A DNA stretch of 63,935 nucleotides, the filler included, from Craspedostauros australis (taxonomy: Eukaryota), in the NCBI GenBank assembly GCA_030167865.1. It is 6 parts of 6 records of this genome, joined end to end, with 100 filler letters (N's around TTAATTAATTAA, not from the genome) between each part and the next. Parts side by side here need not be neighbours in the genome. Positions count along the whole stretch, not along the records: positions 24,979 to 51,809 come from JALAGF010002070.1; 5 more parts are not named here. One strand, given 5' to 3'. The stretch's first letter is position 1; every line of letters starts with the position of its first letter. The notes under the pieces were generated by a model that worked only from the letters and a program-made list of their open reading frames with translations, was not told the DNA's origin and did no database searches. This document shows, in pieces, positions 38,499-51,200 of the stretch. A program made the translations under genes and the position numbers.

Positions 38499-41400
38499 TC
38501 TGCTACTGATGATGCTGGTCTTGTGCTTGTGTTTATGATTGTGTTTATGATTGATCCTGGTGATGACTTTGCGATCTGGTGTCTGCCACGTTGCCTTCCG
38601 CTCTTGTGTGCTTTGTTTTGTGTGCTTCGTTCTGCTTGCCTCGTTCCGTTCGTGCGATTCCTTGTTTATGTTCGCAACAAAGGAGGAATTCTGTTTCGGT
38701 CGGGAGATTCACGGTTTGGGAGTTATTTGGGTGTTCTGCCGAGATGCCAGTACCTGTAACTCTGACTGCTGTTACGCGCTTTGTCGGGTTGGCCTCTGTA
38801 CCAATATGTGTGGCGTGTTGTGCGCTTCTTTTGCCGTGATGTGCAAGTACTAGTACTGGTGCTGTGCAGGCATGGACACTGCTCGTTTGGACGCAAGAAA
38901 CAAGGTTGGGAGATGGGAAAAGACTTGCTTCTCACCGATGCCTTTTTCTGATTTGCTTTCTGCGGTGCCTTGTTGCGTTTCTACTCGACTTTCTGTGTTG
39001 CTCTCCGTTTAAGATTGTGAGAATGCTCCTCCATCCGCTCCGCCTCTTTCTCTTTCTCTCTCACTACAGCCCCGAAGAAGTGCGTGTATGCTGCTATACC
39101 TCTGCACTCTTGCGTGTTTCTGCGCTGGTGTGCGAGGACTTTCGTGCCTCACTCTTCCTTGCGACCTGCCTTTCTGGCCTCTCTGCCACCGTTCCGACAG
39201 GAGTACAAGCTATCACCGCGATTTGTCGTCCGCTCCGTGATGCCGCTGCGACTCGCGCTGTTGCTGTCGTGCCCCTGTCCAATGTCGTGGGCGGAGAGCG
39301 TCTTCAGTCATTTCCTTCGCGGTTACCGGCGATGGTACGAGCCATGGTACGTTCCCTGCGCGGGTGTTGCTGCCGCCACTGTTTCTACCGTCGTGGCGAA
39401 ACGGCAACGATAGAAAGATGCCGAAAAGAGCCATCACAGAAGATGCATGTTTTGCGCTTTCCACGAAGTTGCGCAAAGACTTGCTCTTCGTGTTATCGGA
39501 GAGCACTGACGAACAATGGCGAGGTCGTGATGTGGGTGGAATGCTCGTGTCCCAATATGTCCAACGGGCGCTCTAAGCGCAAATCTGCCTCTGCGCAACC
39601 AAAATCAGGTACTGCCAAAATGTCACATGTAGACTATTACTCCCCGGTTCGAAAATACTCATTGTTCGCTGGAATTCGGCACATGGGAGAGTACGCTATT
39701 TGCACCAGCCATCGCAACAACTATGCCAATAGTCCGTCATTGACACAAAATAAAATGTCAAACTTTGCATAAATCTAACTCCCCACAAAACTACGAACAA
39801 AAGGTGAGGCCGTTTCGGCGCCAAAAACAGCACACATTTCCTGATACTGCTTCCCTGTGGCACAGTTTCACGAGCAACAACGGTATCGGTTCAATGATTC
39901 CATCAAGCGAGTGGATTGGGGGAGGGCTTGAAGCCGACTGGATGAGCAACAACAAGGACGGCCGCAATGTGTTCGTACCATGTTCGTGCTCCGCGCATTG
40001 ACAAAGTCGCCCTCAGGCTTTGCGGTAGGCTTTTCTTTATCTCGGATATGATTCAACCCAACACATAGAGGAACAATGCCGACATCACGACTCGGGATGC
40101 AGCCAGCGAGCGACAAGGTATCATTCCACACAAGATATCATAGTCGCCCGGGGGCGGGTCGGCATCATTGGGATCATGGCTCGTGTGGAGTAGAGTAACA
40201 TGTATTACGAGCTATGCCTGTCATGTTCTCCAGCAACCCCATCCGCGGCTCTTGTTCTTCACATTTTCAAACCAGGCCGCCGAACTCTGTTGTGACCGTC
40301 TCACAGTATGCGCAACAGGATGGGCATGGGGACCGTGCCGTCCGAGCGACGAGTACGATTGTATCTCATCCCAAGACGTAGTTTTACGTGTACCACAATG
40401 CAAAGCGACGCAATTCAGCGCAATGCGGTGGAGCGGATCCCGGCCACACAACCCCGGCGTCCAAGGTTGAAGCGCACGGTCCAGAGTGTCGCGCCAACCT
40501 TCCTCTCCATCATGTCTCTCCGGAGATGTCTCCATCTGGACACACTTCGCAGTCGATGCCCTTCCGCAATGTTATTTTCCAATGCACCAAACATTCACCC
40601 CAAAGAACAACACGAAGCTGCAAAAGATCCAACAGCTCCTCCTCCGCTGCCGTCTCCAGGTGACATTGGGTTGAATCGCGTCCAAGTCTGGTATTTGTGG
40701 ACTGCGCTGCGTCAGTGCCTGGTCGTACATCTTGATCTACGAGCTTTGGTACACTGCTGCCCAATTGTCCATACGCTCGAGACGAACTATCGCGGAGCTC
40801 CTGTTGCTACAGTATCACGATACGTCCGTATGGCAGTCAACGCTTGTCGATGCCAAATCACGCCGGAGGAGTTACAAAATCGTCGGCCTGTCGCTGGACC
40901 TCCTCGTGTGCTTTGTCTTACTCCCCATGGGCGTCGTTGTTGCGAGTTCGGTGGAGACTTTTCACGGCAGCTGCCTTTCCGACGATGTCGTCTGCACTTG
41001 GGGATGTTCTCGTTGCGATGTTACTCGCTGTTTGGACCGCCAAGACCAGTTGCTCGCATACATCAGTGCATTCATCGCCGCCGCTTGTTCTGTCTTGCGA
41101 TTGCCTCTCGTGGGTGATTCGCATCGACGGCCTGTCAAGTTCCTCTTTGTGCCGTGGGTGCTTCGCAATGGCTCCTCGCTCTCGTAGGTCGTACGTCGCA
41201 CTCTGCACCCCATTCATCAAAAGGGGGAGTCTATGTGCCCGCACGTCCGAAACACCAAGCATCACTCCGCAGACTCCACGAAGAGAGTCACCAGAATCCC
41301 ATATAGTAGTTGGTATAATGGGCATGAGAGACGAGTCGCTCTCTTGCTGAAAAGCTCCCACCTTCCGTGTAGATTGGTGCCGCGATGGGTGCTGGCAAGA

Positions 41401-43858
41401 CTTCACCTCCACGAGCAAGAGAGAGCGATACCGTCAGGACAACAGCACGAGTTTGGTCGATCAAAGAATGTGGATGGACATCAAAAGCTTGAACTCTATC
41501 GCTCGAGCATCGGCCGGCCAACCAACCAACCAACGAGCACATCGATACTGGCCACTGGCAGAGCCGTCTGAAGTCCGAGGAAGAGACAGGAGGCCAACTT
41601 GTCATCACGCAAATACATACGGATGAGCGATCAGCGCGTTCGTGCTTCAATCCAATCTCATCCAGGTCTGGGGTCACCTCCAACCAAGTACAATGCGGAG
41701 GCATCCCCATCATACGAGTATAGTAGCTCGTATGACACCAGAGGTCGTAGTTGTAGCTCGCACATACTCGCGTGAGGACAAGTTGTATGGAGGACGGCTT
41801 TCAGTCTTTCTCCAATCTCCGATCTCTGCTTGCGAAACGGTGAGCTTAACTCTGCCGTCTATCGACTTTGTCGTACTCGTGTCGATGGATGTCGTCCACC
41901 ATCCAGTTCAGCATGTCACGACGATGAGGCATGCAAAGCCCATGGTTTCAGAATACGAGTGCATCCACAGATGCAAGCGATCAAGCGAAAAAGAATGGCG
42001 ACACAGAATGCCCGATTCGGAACATCAGATTCTTGAAGAAACGGAGCACGGCATGCAGGGTGTTGGTCCGCTGTTGACGCGCGACGTTGCACAGAAATGC
42101 GCCCCCATTCTCGACGTCCAGCTCCGTTACGCCGTGGACGGTTTCTTCCACATGTTGTGGCTTTGATCCACCGCAACGAGCACACTCATCCGCATCCATT
42201 GCTTCTGGTACAAGATTTCGGAACTTGGCGATGCCTGGCACCCCAAAGTGTTGCGGTGGGAATTTGGGTGGAGTAAACGGACGTATGATAGAATAGTATA
42301 CTCTCCAGAGAGCAAGCCTTCACAGCCAGTTGCCGCGCCCATGTTCTCCGTTTCCCTCTGCTTGGAGTTCGAATCTATTCGTACTCGTGCGTGTATTGGC
42401 AAGGCGTCGACGACGGAGCAAAACATTGTTTCCGGTGTTCTGTCCAAGCGTTCTGTTGACGATAATTGTGTGCGCCATCTCGTTGTTGTGCTCCTCTTCG
42501 CTTTGGTGTCCTTCTGTTAGTCATTGGTGCGGGTATTGGAAATGACCGCTCGTGAGATCTTGGGACGTTGTTGCGCTCACTTTTTCGATGATTGTGCCAT
42601 TTGAGTCATGGATATTTGTTCGCTTTCGGGATCGAGATCGTGTGAGTCACAGTTTGGGGAATGATGTCAGACATGACCAGCGTCACATGTGCCGGAGAAT
42701 GATGTCGTTTCGGTCATGTGGAACGAAATGACACAACCAGTCGCGGCGGTGTGATGGGAAATCTCGCGCAGTCCTTCGCAATTTTTGGACAACCTCCGAA
42801 GCGGCGCAAGGACACCTCGGAATCTGAATACAACATTCAGCAGAAAGGCGGAGAAATGGGGACATGCCGTGGCGGCGTTGCGAAATGGAAGGATGTGCGA
42901 GTGCTGAGCGTGTTTGTCCAAAGCAATCCTCCGCTCCCATTCTTCTCTGCTCGACAAATCTGCTCGAGGTTGTACCTTGCATGGACGCGACTTGGATGCT
43001 ATGACGAGCGCATGGTGTCATGGGAACAGAGATGGGGGAGCTCCTGTTCTGCCTCTCTCCTTCCTCCGGTCGATGACGTGACCGTTTCGCGGCAGAAGGA
43101 AAAAAGAAGAGTCTTTCATGCACAGCGCAATCTAGCAGAGAAGAGGTATTTTCGTGATGACAATGTCAATGACAAACGTGGTCTGGGCCATAGATGGGTT
43201 GGCCTGCCCACAATTTGGTTGCGTCATCGAAACTTTCGAGCAGATTGTTGGGCTCCTGGCCATCACCACGATCAAACAAGCCAAGGGGCAGCTGTTGTGA
43301 CAAAACCTAACCTCCAGGAACGAGGACTTTGGCGCCATACATCCGGCCGAGGCACAGTACCACACGATCAGTCGTACCAATACACCTCGCGGTCGTCTCC
43401 ACACCCTATCGCGAAGCTTTTGAAGTAGCGCAGAGCGGAGGAGAAGCAGCGTTTTTGCCATCTGCATCGACTTCTGCTGAATCGACTCCTCGCGTGAGCA
43501 GAATCATCCGCTCCATCGTACACGTATTACACAATACACATAACACAGTATACCTGCTTACCGCACCAAACCCACGTCTCTCAAACAAAGATCAAGCAAC
43601 GAAGAGAGAGTTGGCGCCGAGACCACGTGAACTCCATTCGGAATCACGTCGCAGTCGCAACAGAATCACGTGCGAGCCACAATACCTGTGATAGATCGAA
43701 TAATTGTACTATTCCAAACTCCCGCGGTGAGGAATCATCGTGCCACTTGCAATCATAAATCATCAAACACAAGCACAATCAAAGCATTGATGCGAGTACG
43801 AGCTACGACAGCAAGCAGCAAGCAACAGACAACAACACACGCTCAACCACCACCAACC

Positions 43859-45670
43859 ATGCAAAGCACAGTTGCACCGAATCATACGTGGGATCATCTC
43901 ACCCACCATGGCAACGAAGAGAAAGCAGAGCATGAAGTCTTTAACGCAATCCACATCGATGTCGACACGATCGTCGATGGCCTTGGGATTGCTTCAGCAG
44001 AAGATTTCTTTGAGAAGTTGAGCCAGGTCGGAAGCATCGAGATTCTTCATGGGGAATGGATAGGTAAGGATGTGCGTACAACAGCGGCAGAGGCTGAGGC
44101 AGTTCAGGAGGATAGCCCAAAGGGATGGGACGGCGCAGGGTGTGCAGATTGCGACGCTCGTGCTCAGCCAGAGCAACACGACCGTTCCGTTGCTTTTACC
44201 TTCACCCCCTCGCATGATGGTATTCCGCGCACATTCATCATCCCTCGGAAGATGACCAACAGCCTCCGCAGCACCATGGCCGGCGACAAGCCGCATCCTG
44301 CCTCACAAAACGACAGTTTCCAGATTTGCGACTTGAGCGAGTCCAACTTGCGAATGCGCGATGGTGCAATCCACAAACACAACAACATCGTCAGCGACAG
44401 CATCAGTGACAACAAATGTGGCATCAATGGAGTTCATGGAGTCAAGCGCTTGGGCGGCCATGACGTCGATGATGATTCCAACTCCTCGTCGTCTGCAACA
44501 ACGGCGCCGAGCAGCACGACGATGGATGATTCGATTGGCGGCGCCTCGATCATCCATGATTCGATCTACGATATCGCCGACAACCACGAGAACGGCGACA
44601 GAGACACCCCATCACCCGCCAGTCAAGATCATCCTCAAGTCGCTCGCAAAAGGGTGAGATTCTGTTCGTGCTCTCATGCCGCAACGGCTGCGTCGGCATC
44701 ACTGGCGTCGTCGGCGGGTGGACCACCCGACGGCATTCCAAGCAACGCGCATGGTGCGCAAACCGCCGACTGCACCTGCGCACCATCGGTCACCAAAATC
44801 ACCATCATATCACGCAAGAGCTACAGCTGGGAAGAAAAGCAGCAGGTTTGGTACAACCTCAAGGACTTGCTCATGTTCAAGTCCGATGCGGACCGTGTCT
44901 GGAATGACATCCGGATGGGTCGCATCCCCATGGAACGTGGCCTCGAGCACCGCGTCAAGCTAAGTCCCATCGAACCGAGTCCCATCGGCGCGGCCATTCC
45001 ATTTCCAGCTGCAGCTGCAGCCGCAGAACACCAGCTTGGCATCGTCGAGAACGACACCGAGGCCACGCAGCCGTATCCAGGAATGGATGAAGCGACACAC
45101 GGCCTTGGCCTTCAAGACCAGCAGCCGGCTGTCCGCAAGCAAAGATACATCCTACGCAATCGCAAGAAGCAACGTGCCACCGCCCGGCGTGCCGTGATGG
45201 ATGCACAACGAGAATATCTCACCAGCCTTTGCGAATCACGCGAAGCCTGCGGGACCGAGACAATCCGAGTGGAAGAAGAGCTGGTGGCCAACATGTACCG
45301 TCCTCACACCTACTCGAGCCAGACATTGGCAGCCATCGTCGGATTGCTCGACCAGAAGGTTGCCAAGGCCGTCTACCTTGAAGAGCATCACGATTGTCAA
45401 GACGATCAACACAATCGCATGACAGACAGTGGTTCAACCACAGCCGGTATCGATGTTCATCCGCCTGTCTACCATCACCGTGACACAATCGAAGATGGGA
45501 AGGAAACATTGGACGCAGATGCAAATGTTGGCGGCTGCGGTATTCTGGATGGTCATCCTTCCTGCGCGTACACGCACAGCCCGAAGCGGCGCGTTGCGAT
45601 GTTCCAGATGATGCTGGATTGTCGCGAGCACGGTTATGTGCTTCCCGGCATGTTCATGAATGAGTTGTAA
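43859..45670 (+). CDS. Uncharacterised RVxF/RGLE-family protein, paralogue 3 (two insertions in the domain)
   Basis: accATG at 43859; RKRVRF-[insert]-VTKITIISRKSYSWEEKQQVWY...ERGLEHR-[insert]-...AVMDAQ...VANMY...VGLLDQKVA. Confidence 0.82.
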   Translation: MQSTVAPNHTWDHLTHHGNEEKAEHEVFNAIHIDVDTIVDGLGIASAEDFFEKLSQVGSIEILHGEWIGKDVRTTAAEAEAVQEDSPKGWDGAGCADCDARAQPEQHDRSVAFTFTPSHDGIPRTFIIPRKMTNSLRSTMAGDKPHPASQNDSFQICDLSESNLRMRDGAIHKHNNIVSDSISDNKCGINGVHGVKRLGGHDVDDDSNSSSSATTAPSSTTMDDSIGGASIIHDSIYDIADNHENGDRDTPSPASQDHPQVARKRVRFCSCSHAATAASASLASSAGGPPDGIPSNAHGAQTADCTCAPSVTKITIISRKSYSWEEKQQVWYNLKDLLMFKSDADRVWNDIRMGRIPMERGLEHRVKLSPIEPSPIGAAIPFPAAAAAAEHQLGIVENDTEATQPYPGMDEATHGLGLQDQQPAVRKQRYILRNRKKQRATARRAVMDAQREYLTSLCESREACGTETIRVEEELVANMYRPHTYSSQTLAAIVGLLDQKVAKAVYLEEHHDCQDDQHNRMTDSGSTTAGIDVHPPVYHHRDTIEDGKETLDADANVGGCGILDGHPSCAYTHSPKRRVAMFQMMLDCREHGYVLPGMFMNEL

Positions 45671-46027
45671 CGACGCATTTAGCCATCGCCATGGCCGCAC
45701 TTGTACGCGAAGTACAATCGATTGTACGAAGATCGAGGATCAACGCAAACATACATAGAGTAGAGTATCATGCATGCCATACAAGTAGAAATACAATCAC
45801 ATCACAAGGTACAGCCACGCGAATGCAATGCATATCATCCACCACGTGTGCTGTGATAGTGCGTGGTATGTTGCTGTTGTGTGTCATTATGCTTCGCTCT
45901 GATTATATTTCTGTCTTGGGTGGCGCTGCGGGATGATTCGAGTCGCTTCATTCTGGAATTCCAGACACTTCTCATCCATGTTGCAGGTATGCAGCGCAGT
46001 TCATCGTCGACGCTGATGGCAGCACCA

Positions 46028-46585
46028 CTATCCGCTCTTGCTCAATGCCTTCTGCAGTTGGCCATTGCGGAATGCCGCCTGCGTGTCGTCGTTGCCACCC
46101 AAGAATTCACCATTCACCCACACGTTCGGAACCGTACGCTGACCTGTCAGGCGATACAGATCCTGCTGGATCTTGCCTCCGTTGGGCATGTCATCGAGTT
46201 CATGCACGACGACGTCGACATTGGCGAATGCTGGGTTTGTGCGGAAGAGCTGCTTGGTGCGAGCGCAGTACGGGCAGTACGACTTGGAGAATATGACCAC
46301 CTATGGAGGTATCATATCAAGTGCCCCATATTGTGGGGAGGGGTCGCAAGTTGGATGTGAAGGGGGTGAGGGTGGAAAGATGGAAGCAGAGGTGAGACAG
46401 AGAGGGTGACCATGGCGATGGGCGCGGTAGCACAGATGCGTAAGTCCTCAATGATCTTCTCCATCATTATAGTTCCATCACGGACGTACCTGATGAGCGC
46501 TTACTTCAGACTTGATGAAGTCCACAATTGTCGATGCCGATGTTTGCGAGTGCAGGTGCGAGCTCGATGGCTTCTGTGTGAACAT
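46028..46585 (-). CDS. Dithiol (CPYC) glutaredoxin; 2 exons (46585-46490, 46300-46028)
   Basis: VDFIKSEVSAHQ|VVIFSKSYCPYCARTK...VHELD...TGQRTVPNVWVNGEFLGGNDD; a phase-0 GT..AG intron at 46489-46301 (gtacgt...ccatag). Confidence 0.95.
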
Positions 46586-48693
46586 GATTGAATTGCTAGT
46601 GTTGGAGTGAATCGAGTATGAGTGCCGTGTGTGATTCCTGCTTGCGGTCTGATTTTGTGGCGTGAAGAAGTCGTGAATGCTAGGCTGATTGCGATTGTCG
46701 TGATTGTTGTATGAATACTTTTTATGAGGAGATGAATGGAGGGTGCCGCTTCCTGAGTTGGGTAGTGGAGAGGAGGGAGGTCCCGCCTTGTTGTTGCGTT
46801 TTGGATGAGTTTGTCGCGATGTGATGTGATGTGATGTGGTACTGCGTGATGCGTTTCCGTTCAATTTGTGGGAGCCTGGAGCGAAACGGCCCAAGCAGAA
46901 ATCAAAGAATGATCGATTGTGTTCGATGACAATCCTGATGAATGCACCTGACCCATTCGACTGCTTCGTAGAAGCTCACGAAGTCTTCGAATAGATGGAC
47001 TGAACTGAGATTCTGAACGAGAAGTGTTCCTGGATGATTCTGCGAACATCTTCAATGAGGCAACAACGCGCCCACAAAATAGACAGGCCACTGTGTTCCT
47101 GTCTGTTACTGTTACTCTCTGGAGGGAATACGAGCTATGATACTTTGCTGCAGGTCGCCAACAGCCAATCTGATCGGGTCGCAACATGGCGCACATGAGT
47201 CCAATGCCAACGGAGTTTGTACTCTACTCTGTAACATGGCTCAGTGTGCACGTTCCCTCTGGAGAGAGAGTAGCGAGTCTCGCGACGTGGTGTTCTCCGC
47301 GAGATCCAGGAAAGCCCAGGCAAGGAGCCAGATAGACACTGGCTTCGATCCCATCAAACGAGTGCACCAAGAGACCATCAGCAGTGCGAGACCTGCCCGT
47401 GCGAAGCTTGGATGGAGAGCTGCTTCCGAACCACGTATGTGTGTGTGCGTGTGTATCTGTGATGATGCCTTGCGTTGCATCACCTCCGAGTATTGCCAGC
47501 ATAAGCTAGATCGACCAGTCCCATCTTCTTTGCGGTTCGTAGTCGTACGATATTGCATTCCGGGTGCTTCCAGGTCGTGTACGACTATCTATTCCGTATG
47601 ATGTGATGCTTGCAATGCTGTGTCGATCAATTGAAGACTCTTTCCCGTGCGTCCATTACCGCCCACTCATGTACTCCAGATTCTGTCCTCGTATAGCACG
47701 AGTATCAAAGTCACGATCCAGATCGATCAACAGCAAGAGCACCTCTCGGATCCAATCATCCGGCAATCGTACCAAACCTCCCAGTGGAGAGCATCAAAAC
47801 AAGACGCTTCCAACCACCAGCTCCACTTCAGTCCGTTTCACGTGTGCTTGTGTTGCTCTTCGCCATTCGCCATTCGTCCTTCCGTACACGTATTCGTAGT
47901 CGTCGCACAAGTACTCGCGGGCTTGGACCTGCTCGTGTCGTTTGTTGGATCGTGGCCACGAACAGTAATAGAGTAGAGTGCTCTCTCTCTCTCTATCCGT
48001 CCGGAGACAGAGACAGAGAGGGGAGGTAGCACCCTCCGGTGAATCAGTCCATGCTCGTCCTCGGCGCGGTTGTCGGTGGCGTGTTTGTCTCTTGCGCCAT
48101 TTTCACGGGAATGTTTTTCTTGCGGGTGGATCACGCGGTGAAACTTTTCTCCGACATCGTTGTGGCATCAGATTCCTCCAAAACACGGGACAACACAGAC
48201 GTGTGAGCCCGACGAAAATGCCATGATCGATTGGTCGCAAAGCCTTTTGCCATCTCATGTTGGTGCGCAAAACGGCATCGGGAGACATAAGGTGTCCGTG
48301 ACACGAACAAAAGAACAAACATCGGAGATAAATTGTGCGCTTCTGTCCCTCGTTCTAGCTTAAGTGGACATGGTCACAATCGATCAACCTGGTATTCGTT
48401 CGTGCTATTGATGGATTGATTGTCCCCCTGTATGCACACGGACTGTTCTGCATGCTGTACTCGTGCGCCTAAGGGCAGACAGAGTTGGGCGTTTGCACAC
48501 CAAACAATGAAGGACAAACAAGTCAGTTCGGTACCAATGCTTCGCTGTTCATTGTTGCGGGTTGTTGCCATTCGCACTGCCCAGCTCCTCGCAAGTCTCA
48601 GACACACCTCCATCTTCTCTCATAAAACGGGCAAAACAACATCAACACAAAATACTCACAATTCACACAATTCACACAAACCACACAATCAAC

Positions 48694-49320
48694 ATGACCA
48701 ACATCAAGAAGACAGTCACATTCAGCGCACACGTGCGTTGCAAGTTCGTTCTGCATCACAAGAACTACACGCAGCAAGAGCGCAGCAACACCTTCATGAG
48801 CCAGAAAGAGATGCAAGCAATCAAGGAAGACATCCGATCCGCACTGAAAGCAATCGATGAGGGCTCCATGCCAATGCAGCGAGGTTTGGAGACGCGGACG
48901 ATCGACGCAACGCGACGACGTGCAACTCTGAAGGACGAGGCAAGAACAGTCGTTCTCGATGAGCAGGCAGACCAGATGGTCGCTGGTGATCATGATCCAG
49001 ACTTCATCGCCATTCTCTACCAACGGGCATGCCACACAAGCCAACAGAGCGCCTCCATGCGCGGAATGATGGATGAACATGTGGCCAAGAGGCTCAGAGC
49101 TGAGGATGCCACGAAGCAGCAGCAGGAACAACAACAGCAACAGGAGCAGCAACCACAGCCAGATTGCGAACAATCTTCACTGCAATCGCCAACACAAAAT
49201 AAGAGAGCATTCTCTTCAAAGGTCATCTCGTTCCCATCCAAAATGAGAACAAGCCCGTTGAAGCCAATGAAGATGTTGGCGGTTGGTTCCATCCGCAAAC
49301 TCGTTGGCAGGACCAAATAG
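48694..49320 (+). CDS. Uncharacterised RVxF/RGLE-family protein, paralogue 4 (minimal form, 208 aa)
   Basis: aacATG at 48694; MTNIKKTVTFSAHVRCKFVLHHKNYTQQERSNTF...QRGLETRT...VVLDEQ...DPDFIAILY...RGMMDEHVA. Confidence 0.88.
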   Translation: MTNIKKTVTFSAHVRCKFVLHHKNYTQQERSNTFMSQKEMQAIKEDIRSALKAIDEGSMPMQRGLETRTIDATRRRATLKDEARTVVLDEQADQMVAGDHDPDFIAILYQRACHTSQQSASMRGMMDEHVAKRLRAEDATKQQQEQQQQQEQQPQPDCEQSSLQSPTQNKRAFSSKVISFPSKMRTSPLKPMKMLAVGSIRKLVGRTK

Positions 49321-51200
49321 AGCACTTGATTCACCGTTCTCGGGCAGGATGCCATACAGCGCCTTGTGCTATGGACATCCGGAGACTTCGACGCACGTGG
49401 TCGAACGTATGGTCCAGCAAATACGGGATGAAACCGAACAACCTGGGCAGCAGATGCAACCGCACACATCGATGCCGTTCCAAGTGCGAATAGACATGGA
49501 AACACCAATGCACAAAGAGATAGACATACAGATAGAGAGATAGATAGATAGAAATAGAATAGAATACAATGATACAATACAACACAGTCTAATAGAGGAC
49601 ACGAGCTTCAACTCAACTCGACAGAAGTCAGCCGAGGACAATTCAACTTGGTACAGAGCAAAGTCCAAAGTCCAACTTGAGCCAAACTGCTCGTGGAGTG
49701 CCTCGGCTCTGCTGACACACACACCAGCACACTCTGTTTGCGGGGCTCTGCGAGTAGGGAGCATGCTCTGGCATTCCAAAGCACGAGATTGCTCAAAACC
49801 GAGTGAAGGAAACCGCCCAATCCGCAACATGTTCTCTTCGCGTTTCGTGGACTTGTCGATCATCGCAGTGAATACCTCTGCAACTCCTCCGCAAACAGAT
49901 CCTCCAAGACGGTTAGGGTGCGGTGCGTGGGACGATCTCAGGATGTCCAGCGGGCAAGAGTGGTCAAAGCTCTTCTCGTGTCTGTCTACCTTTGTTCCTC
50001 AGTGCTTCGATCCACTTAGCACTTCGTTCTTTGCTCCAAAGTTCTCTTCCCAACGTCTCGAATTACTCACGGCGGTGTGGATGATGTCCTTTGCAGGGAG
50101 TTCCCAGCCGCTCCACTGGCAGATCCCGAGAAAGGTCAACCTCCTTCTCTTTTGTTGTATCTTCCCATCTGCCTTCGAGTATCTTTGCGTTCTGCATCCC
50201 AACAAGCAGTTTCCTGAGCCCCCTTCTTGGTGTGCACGTCTCTGTCTGGCGTGCTGGTTTGGATGTGCGAATCCGGAGCACAAATCCCAAACAGCAATCC
50301 TGCAAGTTGCAACGACAACATCGCCTCCTGCACGCGTATGTCGCATGTGGAACATGTGCAGAAGCCCTGGAAAAAAGCGCAGAGCAGACGTTACCCCACT
50401 GAACGAACGAAAGACGATTCATGGATCGCCAAGGGCCTGCCACAAGAGATGAAAAGCCTCCCTCCTCGAGATACGGGAGCGCTTCCTGTCTCTTTCATTT
50501 TGTCTGTGAGTCAAGGCACAGGGATTCCTGTTCCTTCCAACACCCGCTGGGTAGAAGTTCACGGTTGGTCGCGAAACGTGATCATGGATCCAGTATGCAA
50601 GGGCGCGATGCCGTGAACAAAAGGGTGGCGAACACACCTTCACAAAAACGCAGATCTGAAACATGAATCGAGTCCTGTATTCCAGACGACAAAAGGACAG
50701 ACAGAAGTCAAGATGGAATCGTTCGATATGCACCGAAATGCACACAAGTTGTCAAATATACAGACAGACATACAGACAGACAGACAGACACAATGATAGA
50801 ATGACAGACAAGCCTTTTAGCGAAGACAAGACACGACAGACTCGAGCAATAAATAACAGAGATGCAACTTGAATGCACCGAAGGTCGGACATCTTACAAT
50901 CACATGCGAAATGCGCTTCGTCCTCATGCTGCCTGCTGCGTTGAGACTGACGCAGAAGATGTCCGCTCCGCAAGCTCGCTGCGGGGGGTCGGGCCTTGCA
51001 TGTATGACGGTACATGCTGCCAGTGTGGCATCTACGTGAGCGTGTTGCTCGCAAGAGCACACGCAGTATTGGTGATCGTATGAATGGCGTTGATAGGAGG
51101 ATGTTCTATTTATGAGATTTATTGTGCGTTTGTGAGTGATGATGGATTGTAGAGGCTCAGCGAGTGCTCCAGGACTGTTCAGCGCGAACATCCTTCCTCT

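Noticed and set aside
38864..43428. ORFs 38864..39772, 40308..41117, 41642..42166 and 42718..43428 as further paralogues or genes
   Set aside because: I found no RVxF-WY-RGLE-VLDEQ string or other recognisable motif in them; they could be decayed sequence but cannot be supported.
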